Shown here in pieces: positions 62,351-64,000 of a stretch of DNA of 64,000 bases. The notes beneath the pieces were generated by a model that made no database searches, was not told where the DNA came from, and saw only the letters and a list, made by a program, of their open reading frames with translations. Origin of the DNA: Candidatus Latescibacterota bacterium (GTDB lineage: Bacteria > Latescibacterota > UBA2968 > UBA8231); assembly GCA_964291625.2 (NCBI GenBank), contig OZ220089.1:1984001-2048000 (forward strand). The letters run 5' to 3'. Position numbers and translations under genes: made by a program. The stretch's first letter is position 1. Each line of letters starts with the position of its first letter.

Positions 62351-63274
62351 TTGAAGGATTTCGAATACGCCGCCCCCGAGACCTTGCGCGAGGCGGTCAA
62401 GCTGCTCTCCCACGACAACGCCCGGCCCCTGGCGGGGGGCACCGACCTCATCGTGCAGATGCGGATCCGCCGCCTGCAGCCCGAGCGCGTCGTCGACGTC
62501 AAGAAGGTCCCCGAGCTCAAGGAGTTGCGCATCAGCCCCCGCGCGGGCCTGAGGATCGGGGCCGCCGTCCCCTGCCACCGCATCTACGGCGACGCCGAGA
62601 TCGCCGAGCGCTATCCCGGGATCGTCGACGCGGCTGCGATCATCGGCGGCATCCAGATCCAGGGGCGGGCGACCTTCGGCGGCAATCTGTGCAACGCCTC
62701 CCCGAGCGCCGACACGATCCCCGCGCTGATCGCCTACGGCGCCCGCGCCGAGATCGCCGGGCCCGACGGCCGCCGCCGGGTCCTGGTGAAGGACTTCTGC
62801 ACCGCCCCGGGGCAGAGCGTGCTGCAGCCCGGGGAGCTGCTCGTGGGCATCCAGGTTCCCCTCAACCGCAGGAACTCCGGCGCCCACTACCTCCGCTTCA
62901 TCCCGCGCAACGAGATGGACATCGCCGTCGTCGGCGCCGGCGCCTACGTCGAGCTGGCCGGCCGGGGGCGGGGGCAGACCTTCCGGAAGGTGCGCATCGG
63001 CCTCGGCGCGGTGGCCCCGACGCCGCTGTCCGCCGACGCCGCCGCCGCCGGGCTCGAAGACCAGCCGGTGAACGAAGAGTCGATCGCCGCCGCCGCCGAG
63101 GCGGCCAAGGCCGTGGCCAGCCCCATCTCCGACATGCGCGGACCGGCGGAGTACCGCACCCACCTGGTGGGCGTGCTGACGCGGCGCGCCCTGGTCGGCG
63201 CGGTCAAGCGCGCCCGCGGCCAGTTCGTTCCCAATGCCGTGCAGGAAAACGGCCATCCCGCGTACTCGCTGTAA
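62351..63274 (+). CDS. Xanthine dehydrogenase/CoxM-family FAD subunit
   Basis: LAGGTDL, ATFGGNLCNASPSAD, PISDMRG..EYR. TTG start. Confidence 0.92.
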   Translation: MKDFEYAAPETLREAVKLLSHDNARPLAGGTDLIVQMRIRRLQPERVVDVKKVPELKELRISPRAGLRIGAAVPCHRIYGDAEIAERYPGIVDAAAIIGGIQIQGRATFGGNLCNASPSADTIPALIAYGARAEIAGPDGRRRVLVKDFCTAPGQSVLQPGELLVGIQVPLNRRNSGAHYLRFIPRNEMDIAVVGAGAYVELAGRGRGQTFRKVRIGLGAVAPTPLSADAAAAGLEDQPVNEESIAAAAEAAKAVASPISDMRGPAEYRTHLVGVLTRRALVGAVKRARGQFVPNAVQENGHPAYSL

Positions 63275-63304
63275 CCCGACCCGACCGAGAGGACCACACA
63301 CGAC

Positions 63305-63775
63305 ATGAGCAAGATTCACGTCTCCTGCACGATCAACGGCGAGTCCGAGGAGTTCCTCTGCGAGGCCCGTCAGAGCCTGCTGGAGGTCCTGCGCGAGGAT
63401 CTCGGCTTCACCGGCACCAAGGAAGGGTGCAACGACGGCAACTGCGGCGCCTGCAGCGTCATGGTCGACGGTGTGCTCGTCGATTCCTGCCTGGTCCTGG
63501 CGGCCGAGGTGGATGGATCCGAGGTCACCACCGTCGAGGGGCTGGCCAGCGCCGACGGGCTGCATCCGCTGCAGCGGAAGTTCCTGGAGCACGCCAGCCT
63601 CCAATGCGGCATCTGCACGCCGGGGTTCCTGGTGGCGAGCAAGGCCCTGCTCGACGCCAATCCGAATCCGAGCGAGCACGACGTGCGCCACTGGCTGGCG
63701 GGCAACCTCTGCCGCTGCACCGGCTACGACAAGATCGTCCGCGCCGTTCTCGACGCGGCGGGTCAGGACGGTTGA
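63305..63775 (+). CDS. Xanthine dehydrogenase/CoxS-family 2x[2Fe-2S] subunit
   Basis: KEGCNDGNCGAC...SCL, QCGICTPG, GNLCRCTGY. Confidence 0.95.
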   Translation: MSKIHVSCTINGESEEFLCEARQSLLEVLREDLGFTGTKEGCNDGNCGACSVMVDGVLVDSCLVLAAEVDGSEVTTVEGLASADGLHPLQRKFLEHASLQCGICTPGFLVASKALLDANPNPSEHDVRHWLAGNLCRCTGYDKIVRAVLDAAGQDG

Positions 63776-63867
63776 CGGCTCCGCACACCGGGCACACGAA
63801 CCGGCGCCGGGTCTCGAGGAGGTTCGGCGCCGATTGCCTGCCCACCCGGCAATCGGGGGAATGATCC

Positions 63868-64000
63868 ATGGCTGACGGCAACGGCAAGATCCGCGATTTC
63901 GGCGACCGGCAGTACAACGTGATCGGCACGCGTCCGATCCGCCACGACGGCACCGACAAGGTCACGGGCCGGGCCGTCTACGGCGGCGACGTGCGCCTTC
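63868..64000 (+). CDS. Molybdopterin-binding large subunit (CoxL/XdhA family), 3'-truncated
   Basis: ATG 63868: MADGNGKIRDFGDRQYNVIGTRPIRHDGTDKVTGRAVYGGDVRL matches the family N-terminus (IG...R.DG..KVTG.A.Y..D). Confidence 0.88.
   Translation, partial: MADGNGKIRDFGDRQYNVIGTRPIRHDGTDKVTGRAVYGGDVRL

Noticed and set aside
63826-63860. Hairpin CGATTGCC...GGCAATCG before the large-subunit gene as a riboswitch
   Set aside because: A single stem with no recognisable aptamer. More likely an intercistronic stability or translation element.
62351-64000. Aerobic CO dehydrogenase (coxMSL) call
   Set aside because: The diagnostic large-subunit active-site motif lies outside the window, so only a family-level call is supported.

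Overview
High-GC (roughly 70% by eye) bacterial chromosomal segment with about 50 genes. Gene content (fused secDF, type-2 ileS-dksA-lspA-rluD, WD40-Omp85, FadL-like barrel, FlgD-Ig-type tail relic, Calx-beta autotransporter-like adhesin) suggests an FCB-group organism such as Latescibacterota or Gemmatimonadota-like, possibly host-associated; this is inference. Most of the window is housekeeping and envelope genes: tal, tsaE, ileS, secDF, dnaE, map, msrP, glcDE, two RND permeases and a xanthine-dehydrogenase-family operon. I saw no rRNA, tRNA, CRISPR array, integrase or transposase. The most interesting signals are: (1) two unrelated exported proteins ending in a shared (S/T)WGxVKA tail, a candidate uncharacterised C-terminal sorting signal; (2) a coupled TPR lipoprotein / zincin-propeller-Omp85 / lipoprotein operon facing a beta-barrel plus Gly/Tyr-rich lipoprotein cluster; (3) a complete sigma-54 module (PAS kinase, enhancer-binding regulator, UAS, -24/-12 promoter) in front of an adhesin; (4) an eroded FlgD-Ig/T9SS-CTD-like pseudogene missed by the ORF track; (5) a frameshifted TlpA, and several genes lacking their usual partners (2-phosphoglycerate kinase, MsrP, GlcDE, ABC + DUF1854). 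Start codons were chosen by eye and several are approximate.
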